Source: Salisapilia sapeloensis CBS 127946 | Lineage: Eukaryota; Protista; Oomycota | DNA: 56,342 bases | Reading direction: 5' to 3' | NCBI GenBank assembly: GCA_023334545.1 | Contig: JAADVB010000113.1 | Location: forward strand, 1-56,342 | Shown here: positions 21,399 to 31,766 of the stretch, piece after piece | How the letters are laid out: each line of letters starts with the position of its first letter | Numbering within the stretch: position 1 is the first letter of the stretch | Made by a program: the position numbers and the translations under genes | Notes under the pieces: model-generated | Told to the model about the DNA's origin: nothing | The model's input: the letters and a program-made list of their open reading frames with translations, nothing else | Databases searched by the model: none

Positions 21399-23111
21399 TT
21401 ACAGTTCCAACTCTTTCGAGTATCGCTGATGGTCGTCGTATTCATTGATCGACATCTCCGACTCGGACATGCTGACGGTCGAAAACTGGCGGATGCCCTG
21501 GTGGGATCCGATCATGTCCTCCGTCTCGCGCTGGCCGTTCGGACCGTCATAGGCCTTGGGATCGATGATGTCAAATTCGCTCTGATTCGTGCTCGCAGAT
21601 GTGCCTGTCAAGTCCCCACTCTGAAGCACCGACATGCTCTGCACTGACGCGTTGCTCTCCAAGTCACCACTGAAGCTCATGCCTTCATCCATACGTGGGT
21701 TCTGAGACGCGCGACTGTCATGACGCGCGTACTCGTTCGCGGCAAAGGTCGAGTATCGGCCATCAATGTCCTCATCCACAAATGCCTGCTGTCCACCCGT
21801 CGCGGCTGGGGCAGGAGCCATGTTGCCACCGTACTGTTGGCTCGTCTGGGCAGGTTGGCTGTAGTAGTCATTATGGTACTGGTCGCCATCGGATCCATTG
21901 TAGACGATATTGGTCATCCGGTCGCCATCAAACTCGACAACCGTCGAGTTCAGATTGTTTGTGGAAACCGAGTTCTGGGGACGAGTGTCTGGATATCCTA
22001 GCATGGAGTTCTGTTGCGGCTGCGGAGCTCCGTTAGATGCTCCCTGGACATTTGCTCCGTAGCCATTGTACGCGTTCGTGTCATAGCCACCGTATTGGTT
22101 CGATTGGTAATCAGTGTTTGACTGTGCCGTGCTGGCGACACTCGGGGTAGCATCGTGCAAATAGCCAGCATCCTTTTGACCATAGTTGTTCGTCGCCATG
22201 GCAGGGTTACGAGGAGAGTTGGGCGTCTTCATGTCGAGCGAGTCTTCATCCTCTCGACGCTTCTTGACACGGTATCCGATGAACAAGGCAACGAGAAGGA
22301 CAGCACAAACTGCTGCAGCAATAACAACAATGTTCAAGTAAGCAGGCGTTTCCGATGACTTGGCTTCGCCGTTCGTGACCATCTTGTTGCTACCGGAAGA
22401 TGACTCGCTGGATCCATCATCACCATAGTTGGTGCTGCTGCTGGTAGGGGAAGCCCATGCAGAAGCATCGTCCGTAGATGTTGCTGGAGCGGTGGTGGTT
22501 GGAGATGGCGTATCGTCCTCCGCTGGTGGTGGAGCCGTCGTCGTCGGGGATGGACTGGTCGTGGCCGGAGCTTCCGTCGTTGCTGGCGGTTCCGTCGGCT
22601 TTTCGGCAGAAGCGCTATCGTCCGAGACGTCGGAGCCTTCGTCCGAGTCTTTCTTTGTGGGGCTAGAGCCCTTAGAGGAAGAGGAGTCTTTCTTTCCAGT
22701 GGAGGAGGACGACGAGTCCTTTTCAGACGAGGACGATGAATCCTTTTTTTTAGACGGAATGGAGGGCTTCTTGGCATCCTCGGAGGATGAGCCATCGTCA
22801 AGTGATCCCGTCTCCTTCTCAGAGGAAGAGTCGGACGTCTTGGATGAGGTAGTTTTGGAAGGTGTCTCCGACGAATCTTCGCTACAGTCGGCGACAGGGT
22901 CATCGAACGGGCACTTACCATTGTTCTTGGAGTAGCACACGAACACGCTGCTCTGTTTGTATACGCAAGGGGGACAGTTTCCACTCTTGAGTTCACATTT
23001 GATTCCGCCACCTGCGAGACACGTACCGGACTCACAAATATCACTGGCAGCCTGCGACGGCTGGATCATCATGGCGAGCGCCATGAAGGCAAGCGCGCCT
23101 ACCTTAAACAT
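21399..23111 (-). CDS. Single-pass membrane protein: signal peptide, 8-Cys domain, Ser/Thr/Pro/Asp mucin-like stalk, TM helix, long disordered cytoplasmic tail
   Basis: MFKVGALAFMALAMMIQPSQA signal; CESGTC...KC...GNCPPC...VC...KCP...DC; S/T/P/D stalk; TM IVVIAAAVCAVLLVALFIGY followed by the RVKKRR stop-transfer; tail ends YSKELEL. Confidence 0.88.
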   Translation of the reverse strand: MFKVGALAFMALAMMIQPSQAASDICESGTCLAGGGIKCELKSGNCPPCVYKQSSVFVCYSKNNGKCPFDDPVADCSEDSSETPSKTTSSKTSDSSSEKETGSLDDGSSSEDAKKPSIPSKKKDSSSSSEKDSSSSSTGKKDSSSSKGSSPTKKDSDEGSDVSDDSASAEKPTEPPATTEAPATTSPSPTTTAPPPAEDDTPSPTTTAPATSTDDASAWASPTSSSTNYGDDGSSESSSGSNKMVTNGEAKSSETPAYLNIVVIAAAVCAVLLVALFIGYRVKKRREDEDSLDMKTPNSPRNPAMATNNYGQKDAGYLHDATPSVASTAQSNTDYQSNQYGGYDTNAYNGYGANVQGASNGAPQPQQNSMLGYPDTRPQNSVSTNNLNSTVVEFDGDRMTNIVYNGSDGDQYHNDYYSQPAQTSQQYGGNMAPAPAATGGQQAFVDEDIDGRYSTFAANEYARHDSRASQNPRMDEGMSFSGDLESNASVQSMSVLQSGDLTGTSASTNQSEFDIIDPKAYDGPNGQRETEDMIGSHQGIRQFSTVSMSESEMSINEYDDHQRYSKELEL

Positions 23112-24212
23112 TCTTCCACTAGAGTGTTTTAAATACAAGGAAGGGCGGATAATGTCGTGAACTAACTGCGGTTGGAGCGGTATGGCCAGCGCACAGCGAT
23201 TTATTTACCGAGTGGCATAAAACGAAAGAATTTAGACCGAGCAAGGGAGCGAGTAACGGAGACTTTGTCAATCGGTCGTTACGTTGTGCTGGTCGACGAC
23301 AAAGTAGCGACGGAGTATGCCAATAGACGGAGAGGAAGCAGGAATCGAATGTTCTGAAAGGCAAATGGTGGTTGCCAGGTTTAAGGGTTCATGCGTCGGA
23401 TCGACGAGATGACTGTATGTTATGGGCTTTTGCTATACGTAGTCTCGGTATAGCTCTCGTTCATTTGTACCTGATCAGCTGAGATCTGATTAACGAGAGA
23501 GGTAGGTTGTTCACGCTACTAGGGTTGAAGCTAGTACGTGAGCGCATTGCTTGCCGTCATCTTCATGCAGAGTAGATGTATACTATCGAGAGCGTTTTCC
23601 TTTCGAAAGATAGGATCCAGTTTACTTTCTGCATGTTGAGATGGACCATGAGTGTAGCTTCAATCGAATGACACTTCGTCTGTACACGAGCACTGTATCT
23701 CTTGTCCATCGCTGTAAGCTTTGAATCGTATGCAAATTGTTCGGACGAAAGACACGTATTTCTCATCGCGTTGAAAGGTTACTTGGCGCCCACAGTAGCA
23801 AGCAAAAGTTTCAAGACAGTTACGATGAGACGTCTAGGATGCACATGCATCTGCGACTGTATATGCTGGCGTAAGACAGACAATCTTTACGGCGTACGTG
23901 AGAAACCGATGCCATGCGATCTTTCTAAATTTGACCCGATTTCTTCTCTACTCTAGCTACCTCCACTGTCTTTAAATCCAACAAGTTGCAACAGTTAAAT
24001 TAAATTATTATATATTGTAGCTATTTAGACAGAATATACAGCTCATTTGGCTCGTAGTAACCTCTTCCTTGGCACATACGACCTATCCAGAGCAGCGTAT
24101 CTCAAGTTTTCCTCTACTATCACGCAGCCACCTTTGTAAATTTTACAGCAATAGTCGGAGTCGACAGCATAACAGACACGCGATGGAGACGATGGATCGA
24201 TTAAGACGTTCA

Positions 24213-25298
24213 TTAAATGTTATATTCAAGAGAATCATTTGAATATCTGTCGGACGGTACGGCCGACTCGATCATTTCCTGTACATGGTCTAATCGCTCT
24301 TGCTGTAAACTTTCACATCGAACGACCGTATCCGTGATGAGCGTTAATATCTCGGCATGCAGCTCTTCCTGCTCACGACACCAGAGCTCCAGCTCCTCCG
24401 CGACGGTCGTCGTCCCGGACGAATTAGACGATACGGATCCAGAAGCCTTTATCTCCGCATCGGTGCTAGCTTCTTCCTCAAAGGGGGAGAACATGAGACG
24501 GGAAGGAGCCGACTGGTACATCTTCGCGTCGTGTCCGCCATAATGCGGTTGAGTGGACTTTGCGTGTGCCCTGGACGACGAAGGTGGGGAAGTCGGCGCG
24601 GCTGAAGGAGGTCGGAAACTAAACGTAATCGGTCGCTGCAGACGACCGATTTTATCTGCAATGTCAGCAAAGGCCCAGTCATGGACGTTGGTGCCATTCA
24701 CTGAGAAGAGTTCATCGCCCAACCGGCAGGATGTCAACCCCGAGACGATCCCATCGACCTGCTGTAACACGGCTATCTGTGCTCCGACGCCGGTCTTACT
24801 ATGAAGGCGACGCAGGGAGATGCCGCATTCGCCACTGATCCACGTAGCCGAGTACTCTTGTGTAGGTATTACCGTCGTACTGCTCCTGATGCGGCTCATA
24901 CTACGAGAGAACTGATGGAGAGTATTTGTTTGCTGCTTTGGTGTGTTGTGATGACGTCGGCCCATGGATCTTAAGGACGACGTCTTCTCTGCTTTCTTGG
25001 AGAAAGTATACGAAGAGCGCGAAGCCTCCGTCTCGGTCTCTCTCGTGAAGTAAACTGAAGGCTCACGAGAGGTGATGTACCTGCTAGGCTGTGGTGTGTA
25101 CTCTTCCAGTTCATCGGGAGAGTCTTGTCGAGACGATGAGAGGTCTTTATAATGGCGGCTGGAAGACTCGACGCTCGTCCGGAGCTTACGAAGCTCTGAG
25201 ATGAGTTCCGGCAGGTTACGTGCGACTACTTCTTCTGTATCTGCATTAAAAGTGGTTGCAGTTCTAGTCCCATCGTCGAGGAAAGCCTGACTAGCCAT
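24213..25298 (-). CDS. PDZ-like domain protein with C-terminal coiled coil
   Basis: WISGECGISL...GAQIAV...CRLGDELFSVNGTNV...DIADKI...RPITFSFR resembles a PDZ fold (GDxIxxVNG); flanked by Ser-rich disorder and a helical C-terminus. Confidence 0.78.
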   Translation of the reverse strand: MASQAFLDDGTRTATTFNADTEEVVARNLPELISELRKLRTSVESSSRHYKDLSSSRQDSPDELEEYTPQPSRYITSREPSVYFTRETETEASRSSYTFSKKAEKTSSLRSMGRRHHNTPKQQTNTLHQFSRSMSRIRSSTTVIPTQEYSATWISGECGISLRRLHSKTGVGAQIAVLQQVDGIVSGLTSCRLGDELFSVNGTNVHDWAFADIADKIGRLQRPITFSFRPPSAAPTSPPSSSRAHAKSTQPHYGGHDAKMYQSAPSRLMFSPFEEEASTDAEIKASGSVSSNSSGTTTVAEELELWCREQEELHAEILTLITDTVVRCESLQQERLDHVQEMIESAVPSDRYSNDSLEYNI

Positions 25299-26640
25299 TG
25301 CCTCGTTCTACTTGTCACGAGCGTGATGGAAAAACGTACGATAGCAAGTTAATTCGTCGCTTACCAGTCTACTAGTCCGAAACGACGAATGATAGAAAAG
25401 TAACTGGGCACAAACACTACAAATGTCAGTTGGCGGAGTATATCGTCAAGATAGAGCCTGGTAAGCGCCCAGTGGGATCAGTCGTGGGCAGGACGGACTT
25501 GCGTGTGAACTAAGTCGAGGCGGGTGGTATCGTAGAAATGGTACAAAAGGGGCACGCTGAGAACGATGGGTCAAGTTCAAATAGGTGTGATGATTTGCAA
25601 TTTAATGAAGAGATAGCTTCAGCTTTCCCGAGTTGTTAATTGGAATCCTCGCAGGTAGCACAAGGATTGATGAGACCATCTCTGGAGCGATTAGACTACT
25701 GGATGTGGAGAACAGAAAAACGGAAGTGGCGTATGAGATGCAAGCTATGATCCAGTTCTCTCTTGCATGTGCTTAGCATCATCGATTAATTTCTAACGGT
25801 GCGTGATGACTGAAAGGATTGGTGGAGGCAGAAACTTGCAAGGCTCGCAATGGACGAACGGGCAGCCATCGTGCACTTGCAGTAGAACCCTACCGTATGT
25901 CCGCGCCGCAGCAAAGTGCTGTCATTCCGTCGAGGAAACTTCCGGTGTAACGACGCGAACATAAAGCTTACGTAGATCTGACGTGAAAATCTTCTGGACA
26001 TCTCGACTGCTCTGACAAATCTACGCTTTCTAAAAAGAAATTTTCTACTGCGAGTCGTTCTAAAAGGGTGCTTCCATGTTCTTCCGCGCTGGCCAGAAGC
26101 ACTTCCGACTAGATAAACTTGAACTTTTTGACTACAAGTGACTTCGCGAGGCGGCGAACTACCATATGAGCTTAAGCGTCATGTCTCGGCTTTGTCCTGA
26201 GATCGCGGCTCCATGTCCTTTTCCTTTCGCCAAGTGTCTTATCGGCATAGAGATTACATTCGCCAACTGGATTGGCTTTATCCATTGAGTTCCACAGAGC
26301 TTCTTAATCTAACTCTTATCATGTCGTACACCACTCGATGTCGGTTCGAATACGCGAAACGGAACTTTGCGACGCCCTCGTCTGCGCGATTTGTAGCATT
26401 GCAGTAGATTGTTGAGACCCGATCCGAGCAATTGTTTCCACGGATCATGTACGCATAAACAGTCAACTGGGCTGCGGCATACCTATCTTTCATGTCCATG
26501 CTCCCACGATAGGCATCTGGTGTCCGTAGGTATTTGGCATGTCTGCGTTTGACGCTTCCCATCCCTCACTTTTGCCGACGCTACACCCATCCAACTATCT
26601 GGTAGCGTGACATCACGTTTGAATAAACTATTCGTTGCAG

Positions 26641-26656
26641 ATCACTTTTCGATTTA
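26641..26656 (+). promoter_or_regulatory. INR+FPR-like core promoter upstream of the RWP-RK gene
   Basis: atcacttttcgattta (TCACTTT variant of INR plus ATTT) about 40-55 nt before the ATG at 26695. Confidence 0.55.
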
Positions 26657-26694
26657 AGACGTACACATCTAGCCTATACGTGGTACTGGAAGAC

Positions 26695-27639
26695 ATGGTC
26701 GCTGATATGCCATCCAAAAAGCGGATGCACGCCAACGAAGCTTTCAATGACAGCGTCATGCCAGCAACGAAGAAACTTCGCACGTCCAAAGGAAGTCGAC
26801 GAAAAAGCGCTGCATCCGGCAATGCGACTGCGTCAAGTCGTGTCACGCTCGAAGCACTCAAACCTCACTTTGAAAAACCGCTGGCAAAAGTAGCCCAAGA
26901 ATTCGGCATTTGCGTCACCTTGCTCAAGAAGATATGTCGCCGACACGGCATCTCGCGCTGGCCCCACCGCCAAATCACTGGTCTGCGCAAAAGTATTGCG
27001 TCGATGGAACATGCTATCGGATACTTCGAAGGTGCTCGCCGCGAGTCGTACGCCGAACAACTCAACAAGCAGCGACTCAAGCTTGCTGCTTTACTAGAAG
27101 ATCCGACCCAGTGTGAATCTCCGATCAAGGATGCATCCAATGGCACAGCTGCATCTGCCAGCTTTGATGCTCCAAGTCAATCGGACTCTCTCCCTGACTA
27201 CGTTGAACAGCCCAGTGCTCGATCTCATTGGTCGGAAGAGCACTACCCGGACCATCATTTCCAGTCGCAAGCACCATCGCAGTCCGTCCACCGATCGATG
27301 CCAACAGCCCTGCCGTCAATCCAATCCGAGTATCGATCGACCACCTCATATCCATCCCATTTGGTACATGAGCAGCATCCGAGATCGCTCCGGCCAGTAC
27401 AAACGCCGGCATTGGCCTCTGTATTGCCACGTGTGGCGTCCTCTCGACCACCGGCAACGTCCACTTTCGCTTCATCTATGTCTTTGGTGCATGGAAATGC
27501 TTTACCATCCGTAAGCTCCGTCCATGCGCATCACTCGGCTCCAATTCCAGCTCTCCAGATGAGGTCGCATCCGAGGTTACCACCGCTCTCGTCGCTCATC
27601 GATCAGCATTCGATAGCTGCTCGTAGTTCAGTTCGGTAG
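26695..27639 (+). CDS. RWP-RK domain transcription factor
   Basis: VTLEALKPHFEKPLAKVAQEFGICVTLLKKICRRHGISRWPHRQITGL is a canonical RWP-RK domain, with a basic NLS-like N-terminus and a P/S/H-rich C-terminus. Confidence 0.93.
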   Translation: MVADMPSKKRMHANEAFNDSVMPATKKLRTSKGSRRKSAASGNATASSRVTLEALKPHFEKPLAKVAQEFGICVTLLKKICRRHGISRWPHRQITGLRKSIASMEHAIGYFEGARRESYAEQLNKQRLKLAALLEDPTQCESPIKDASNGTAASASFDAPSQSDSLPDYVEQPSARSHWSEEHYPDHHFQSQAPSQSVHRSMPTALPSIQSEYRSTTSYPSHLVHEQHPRSLRPVQTPALASVLPRVASSRPPATSTFASSMSLVHGNALPSVSSVHAHHSAPIPALQMRSHPRLPPLSSLIDQHSIAARSSVR

Positions 27640-27803
27640 ACTACAAGCATTTAATTTGCATAGGTAGATCAAAAACAAGTACAAAAAATGATGTAAATAG
27701 GAAATGGAGCAAATTTATTGTGCTATCATCTACCCAAAGCGTTTCCACATTTCCATTTCCAAAAGTAAGGAAAATAGTTTATTTATAAAAACCTTCTGAA
27801 GGA

Positions 27804-30800
27804 ATGGAAGTCGTCGAGACGACACCAAAGAATCAGTGCGATGAGTCACTAGATCTTGCTGTCAAACCTTTGGATAGCGCGCTCGGTTTCACACAGCATG
27901 ATGAGACCGATCGTAACGACGTAGCGGAGCCTTCCCTTACGATCACCGTCGACAATGCTGACGTTAGTCGTCGAGACACACCAGACGGAAATGCAGAAGG
28001 CTGGGATATGCATCGCTTCATCCAGACGTGGGCAATTGATCCGGAGCTAGAGAAGTCGTTGCCATATCTGGCTCGAGCTAAACGAGCACCAGGAGAATCA
28101 GCGGCGGAAAAGTTTTTGCGTATAACTCAACTAAAGCTTCCAGAGTTACCGGGAGAAAATATCTCTACTGAAAGTGGAATTGCTTGCAGCGATGACTTTA
28201 GCCAGGAACAACAACTTAGTAAAGATACGAAAGACAAGTATTTCAGTGCGACGGCCAAGACCGAGTGCTATGCTATCTTTCGTAAGCTCGCAAAGCAAAG
28301 ATACCTGCCCAACTCGAATATTTCGCAGCACATCGCACAACGCCACGAGGAGCCAACGCCAGACGAAGGGATGAGCGACGATGGATCCACCGAAATTACA
28401 AAAGACCATGACAGCAAGACCGGACTGTTTGCACGACAATTTACGGCACGGCACAAGTTTTCGTCCTTGTGTCTGGAGAAAAACTTGCCTCCATGTCTCC
28501 GATTGATCATACGAAACTACTTTTCGCCCGAGATCAATCTATCTCACATGTCTATCGGCGATGACTTTGCCTGTATCTTGGCTGCATGTCTAGTAGATCT
28601 ACCTCTAGTCACATCACTAAACGTCCGCAATAATCGTCTCAAAGATGAAGGGCTGCAGTCGATTATCGATGTCGTAGTCAGCAAGAAAGACTTGTACCAT
28701 CTCGATTTGTCTGAGAACAAAGTAGACGGCGAAGCTTCTGCTTCTTTAGCTGCCTACCTCGGGTCTCCACTTTGCGCACTTCAAACACTCAAATTAAGCC
28801 ATGCTGACGTCGATGATGGTGAACTTGCAGCATTCACACAAGCTCTACATATTAACAAGTCGTTGCGGTCATTAGATCTATCTCATAACCTCATTGGCAC
28901 GAGTGAAAGTCTCAATGTTGTCCGACCATCTATCGTTACAGGTGGAGAAGCTCTCGCTACAATGCTGGCTGAGAACTATACACTCGTATCGTTAGACCTT
29001 TCCTGGAACTACATTCGACTTGGTAGTGCCGTCGAAATCGGTCGCTCCCTTGCGTATAACAATGGCCTTCGAGAACTAAATCTGGCGTACAATGCTTTTG
29101 GCGATACTGGTTCACAAGCAGTGGGTGAAGCCTTGCTGTCGAATCTTTGTCTCGAGAAACTCATCATGAATAATAACAATATTCCGACGCGTGCCGCATT
29201 AGCTCTTGCAAGCGGAATCAAACTCAGCGCAAAGCTCGTCTATATCGATCTAAGCGGTAACCCACTTGGTCAAGCTGGTGGGCGAGCATTATTGCACGCA
29301 GTCGCTTCCTGTACAGAGCGTCAAGTTCACGTTCTTATGGAAGGCTGTAACTTTGAAGCTCTAGACACAGAAGCATTTGACCCAACGGAGTCGACCGGGT
29401 CGTACGATTTAAACATGGCTGTGCCATACGAAAGAGCTGTCGCCTTGGAGCTACTGCATTTAGCAAACACGAGGCAAGGCTGTAAATTCCTTTCAATCGT
29501 ACATACTTCTACCGAAACGAAGGCGACACGGACGATAAAGGTTGAGCTACGAGACATTTCGGATCATAGTACCCAGCGCCGACTATTGAAGACAGCAGGC
29601 ATATTAACTCAATCAGAATATAACGAAGAGAAGATGAAGAGTATTAAAATGGATCGAGACTCTCTGGAAGATTTATTTCATGATTTGGATGAAGATGACT
29701 CTGGATGCATTGATAAAGCAGAACTTCGTCGTGGTTTGCAATCGCTCGGTTTGGACGTTCGGGACGATCAAATACCTCGTTTCATTGCCCAATATGACTT
29801 GGACAGCTCCGGTACAATTGAGCTGGAAGAGTTTATTGAGCTCATTAGCAGCCTTAATCTCGAGAGTGGAACCATTGTCCGTGAATGTGTCGACCTCGAG
29901 ACGAATCGGAGATTTGATATACCAACAGAAGGTCGGCTCCGAATTGACTTTGTTGACTTCCACGTCTCCACCGACGACGACAGTGCTCACTCTCAAACCG
30001 GTGTGGAACGACTAATTGAGAATATATCGACAAGTACGAACAAGACGCAGATGCTGGGCATGGCCAAGTCTGGTTTGTACTTTAAAATGTCAGAGGCGCA
30101 GCGACTACTGGAAAGTGTCTCGGATGTCTATGATCCAGTCCAAGCGGTCACTTTGCTACTCCCAAATATGGTCGATTCGAAAAACGCGTATCGACTGATT
30201 GAGCACAACTTGACATTCGGACAGCGCGTGCGTGTGCAGCATATCATGGGTTATGCTCTCCAACCTATTCTTGGTTTAAGTACCGGTCATTATAAGCTGG
30301 ATCTATCGAACGAATTTGATCGAATGACACTCAAAAAGCTCGTGGAGAACAGCAACCGGACTGCATTTTTACGTAAGAAAGAGAACAAGAAAGATACTAG
30401 CCAGCATTGTAACTTCCAGGGATTCCGCAATGAGACGCTGCATGGCAAGTCGATTGAGATCGAGCCCAAGTTACTGGACGGGTTGACCAAGTTTGGCATG
30501 ATTGAATTCGACTATGTGCAGTTCGGAAGAAGGCCTGGGCGACCAATTTCAAAGAAAAGGTTTGATCAAGTGCTTTATGAATGTCAATTCCATCGCATGC
30601 CAAGAGCCATGGGTCTCCGATCGGAAGAAGCTCTGAAACAAAATAAAGTACCGGTGTTAAAGAAACAAGGGACTTCTAGACGTAAAAGTGCGAGCGGACC
30701 TATCCGTAGACGACAGTCGACCGTAGCATTTCCAAAAGTACTCCGACATACTAAAGGCATATTTGAAGAATTGGACAAGATAAAATCTATCAAGAATTAT

Positions 30801-31655
30801 TGTGTATATCAGGACGGTTTAAAGTGTTCACTAGAGCTCGAGCCAGTAGATCCGGTCGATGCTGTCTTTAATAGCATGAAGAACGAAGGGTCTTCGGATT
30901 CATCGACGCCATCAACAGTATCGCCTCTGACGTCGCTTTCGACCGAGTCAAAGTCACTAACGCCAAATGTGAGCGTTCCTAGACCACGCTCTCGGTTGAC
31001 GACAGATCGCAACGACATCTCGAGAGATGGGAAAGAGGTTTGTACAGCTCGAAGGCTGCTTTTCAACTTGCAGTGGATACTTGCGACTCGTTGGATCAGC
31101 TCCCATCAAGCGCTGACGATTCTATCCAAGTGGCCACATGAGTTTCACGAAACACGAATCGAAGCCGTCTGCATCCTCTTCGACCGCATTGTAGACTTGT
31201 GGAACTTCAACGCAATTCTGTCCGCTCTCACAGACTTTGAGGCAGGTCAATGTTTCTATCGATTTGGATGGTTGAACATTTGGACGCCACTGATGCCAGA
31301 TAACTACTACGAGTTGTCGATGAATCAATATGAAGAACGGGAAGTTGCGAAAGCTCTCGTTCGACTTGCGATCGACGAGCCGGGTGAAAATTGGCAAGGT
31401 GAGACGTTTGGATGGACACGAGAGGAAAAGATTCCTGGATGGGAGCTGAATGTATCGTGGTTGAAAGACGGAGGGTTCCCGGAAAAAGGATATTTGTGCC
31501 TCGAGTACTACTCTGGCTCGGACAAAGGCTGTGGCCCAGTATGGCCGAGTCGGAAAGATCTCGCTTTGAATACACTAGCTGAACTACCTCCGGATAAAGA
31601 TGTGGAGGAAGCTCTTGTCGCCCATGTGGATGCATTGGGGATGAGTAAGAAGTAA
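27804..31655 (+). CDS. Large RNI-like leucine-rich-repeat protein with an EF-hand pair and DUF4476-like repeats
   Basis: About 9 LRRs (LNVRNNRLKDEG, LDLSENKV, LDLSHNLIG, LDLSWNYI, LNLAYNAFGDTG, IDLSGNPLGQAG); EF loops DEDDSGCIDKAEL and DLDSSGTIELEEF; two helical repeats ending LLPNMVD and LFDRIVD. Intronless, 1283 aa. Confidence 0.85.
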   Translation: MEVVETTPKNQCDESLDLAVKPLDSALGFTQHDETDRNDVAEPSLTITVDNADVSRRDTPDGNAEGWDMHRFIQTWAIDPELEKSLPYLARAKRAPGESAAEKFLRITQLKLPELPGENISTESGIACSDDFSQEQQLSKDTKDKYFSATAKTECYAIFRKLAKQRYLPNSNISQHIAQRHEEPTPDEGMSDDGSTEITKDHDSKTGLFARQFTARHKFSSLCLEKNLPPCLRLIIRNYFSPEINLSHMSIGDDFACILAACLVDLPLVTSLNVRNNRLKDEGLQSIIDVVVSKKDLYHLDLSENKVDGEASASLAAYLGSPLCALQTLKLSHADVDDGELAAFTQALHINKSLRSLDLSHNLIGTSESLNVVRPSIVTGGEALATMLAENYTLVSLDLSWNYIRLGSAVEIGRSLAYNNGLRELNLAYNAFGDTGSQAVGEALLSNLCLEKLIMNNNNIPTRAALALASGIKLSAKLVYIDLSGNPLGQAGGRALLHAVASCTERQVHVLMEGCNFEALDTEAFDPTESTGSYDLNMAVPYERAVALELLHLANTRQGCKFLSIVHTSTETKATRTIKVELRDISDHSTQRRLLKTAGILTQSEYNEEKMKSIKMDRDSLEDLFHDLDEDDSGCIDKAELRRGLQSLGLDVRDDQIPRFIAQYDLDSSGTIELEEFIELISSLNLESGTIVRECVDLETNRRFDIPTEGRLRIDFVDFHVSTDDDSAHSQTGVERLIENISTSTNKTQMLGMAKSGLYFKMSEAQRLLESVSDVYDPVQAVTLLLPNMVDSKNAYRLIEHNLTFGQRVRVQHIMGYALQPILGLSTGHYKLDLSNEFDRMTLKKLVENSNRTAFLRKKENKKDTSQHCNFQGFRNETLHGKSIEIEPKLLDGLTKFGMIEFDYVQFGRRPGRPISKKRFDQVLYECQFHRMPRAMGLRSEEALKQNKVPVLKKQGTSRRKSASGPIRRRQSTVAFPKVLRHTKGIFEELDKIKSIKNYCVYQDGLKCSLELEPVDPVDAVFNSMKNEGSSDSSTPSTVSPLTSLSTESKSLTPNVSVPRPRSRLTTDRNDISRDGKEVCTARRLLFNLQWILATRWISSHQALTILSKWPHEFHETRIEAVCILFDRIVDLWNFNAILSALTDFEAGQCFYRFGWLNIWTPLMPDNYYELSMNQYEEREVAKALVRLAIDEPGENWQGETFGWTREEKIPGWELNVSWLKDGGFPEKGYLCLEYYSGSDKGCGPVWPSRKDLALNTLAELPPDKDVEEALVAHVDALGMSKK

Positions 31656-31766
31656 AAGACACGAATGGATGGTATGTCGAAACTTCATTTGGATTTTTAT
31701 ATTTTACATCGTCCGCTCGACACGAACGTGCTACTTTTCATGAATAAAGTGAGTCCAAGCAGGCGT

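Noticed and set aside
22334-23044. 236-aa Arg/Pro-rich ORF and the 168-aa antisense ORF at 22429..22935
   Set aside because: Alternate-frame and antisense shadows of the low-complexity mucin stalk. The same applies to most short ORFs nested in the long genes.
26278-26562. 94-aa ATG ORF divergent from the RWP-RK gene
   Set aside because: No homology recognised and neither spliced nor unspliced reading is persuasive; needs expression data.
27804-31655. NLR immune receptor call for the LRR protein, as partner of the TIR gene
   Set aside because: No Walker A, NACHT or NB-ARC motifs; RNI-like LRRs alone do not make an NLR.
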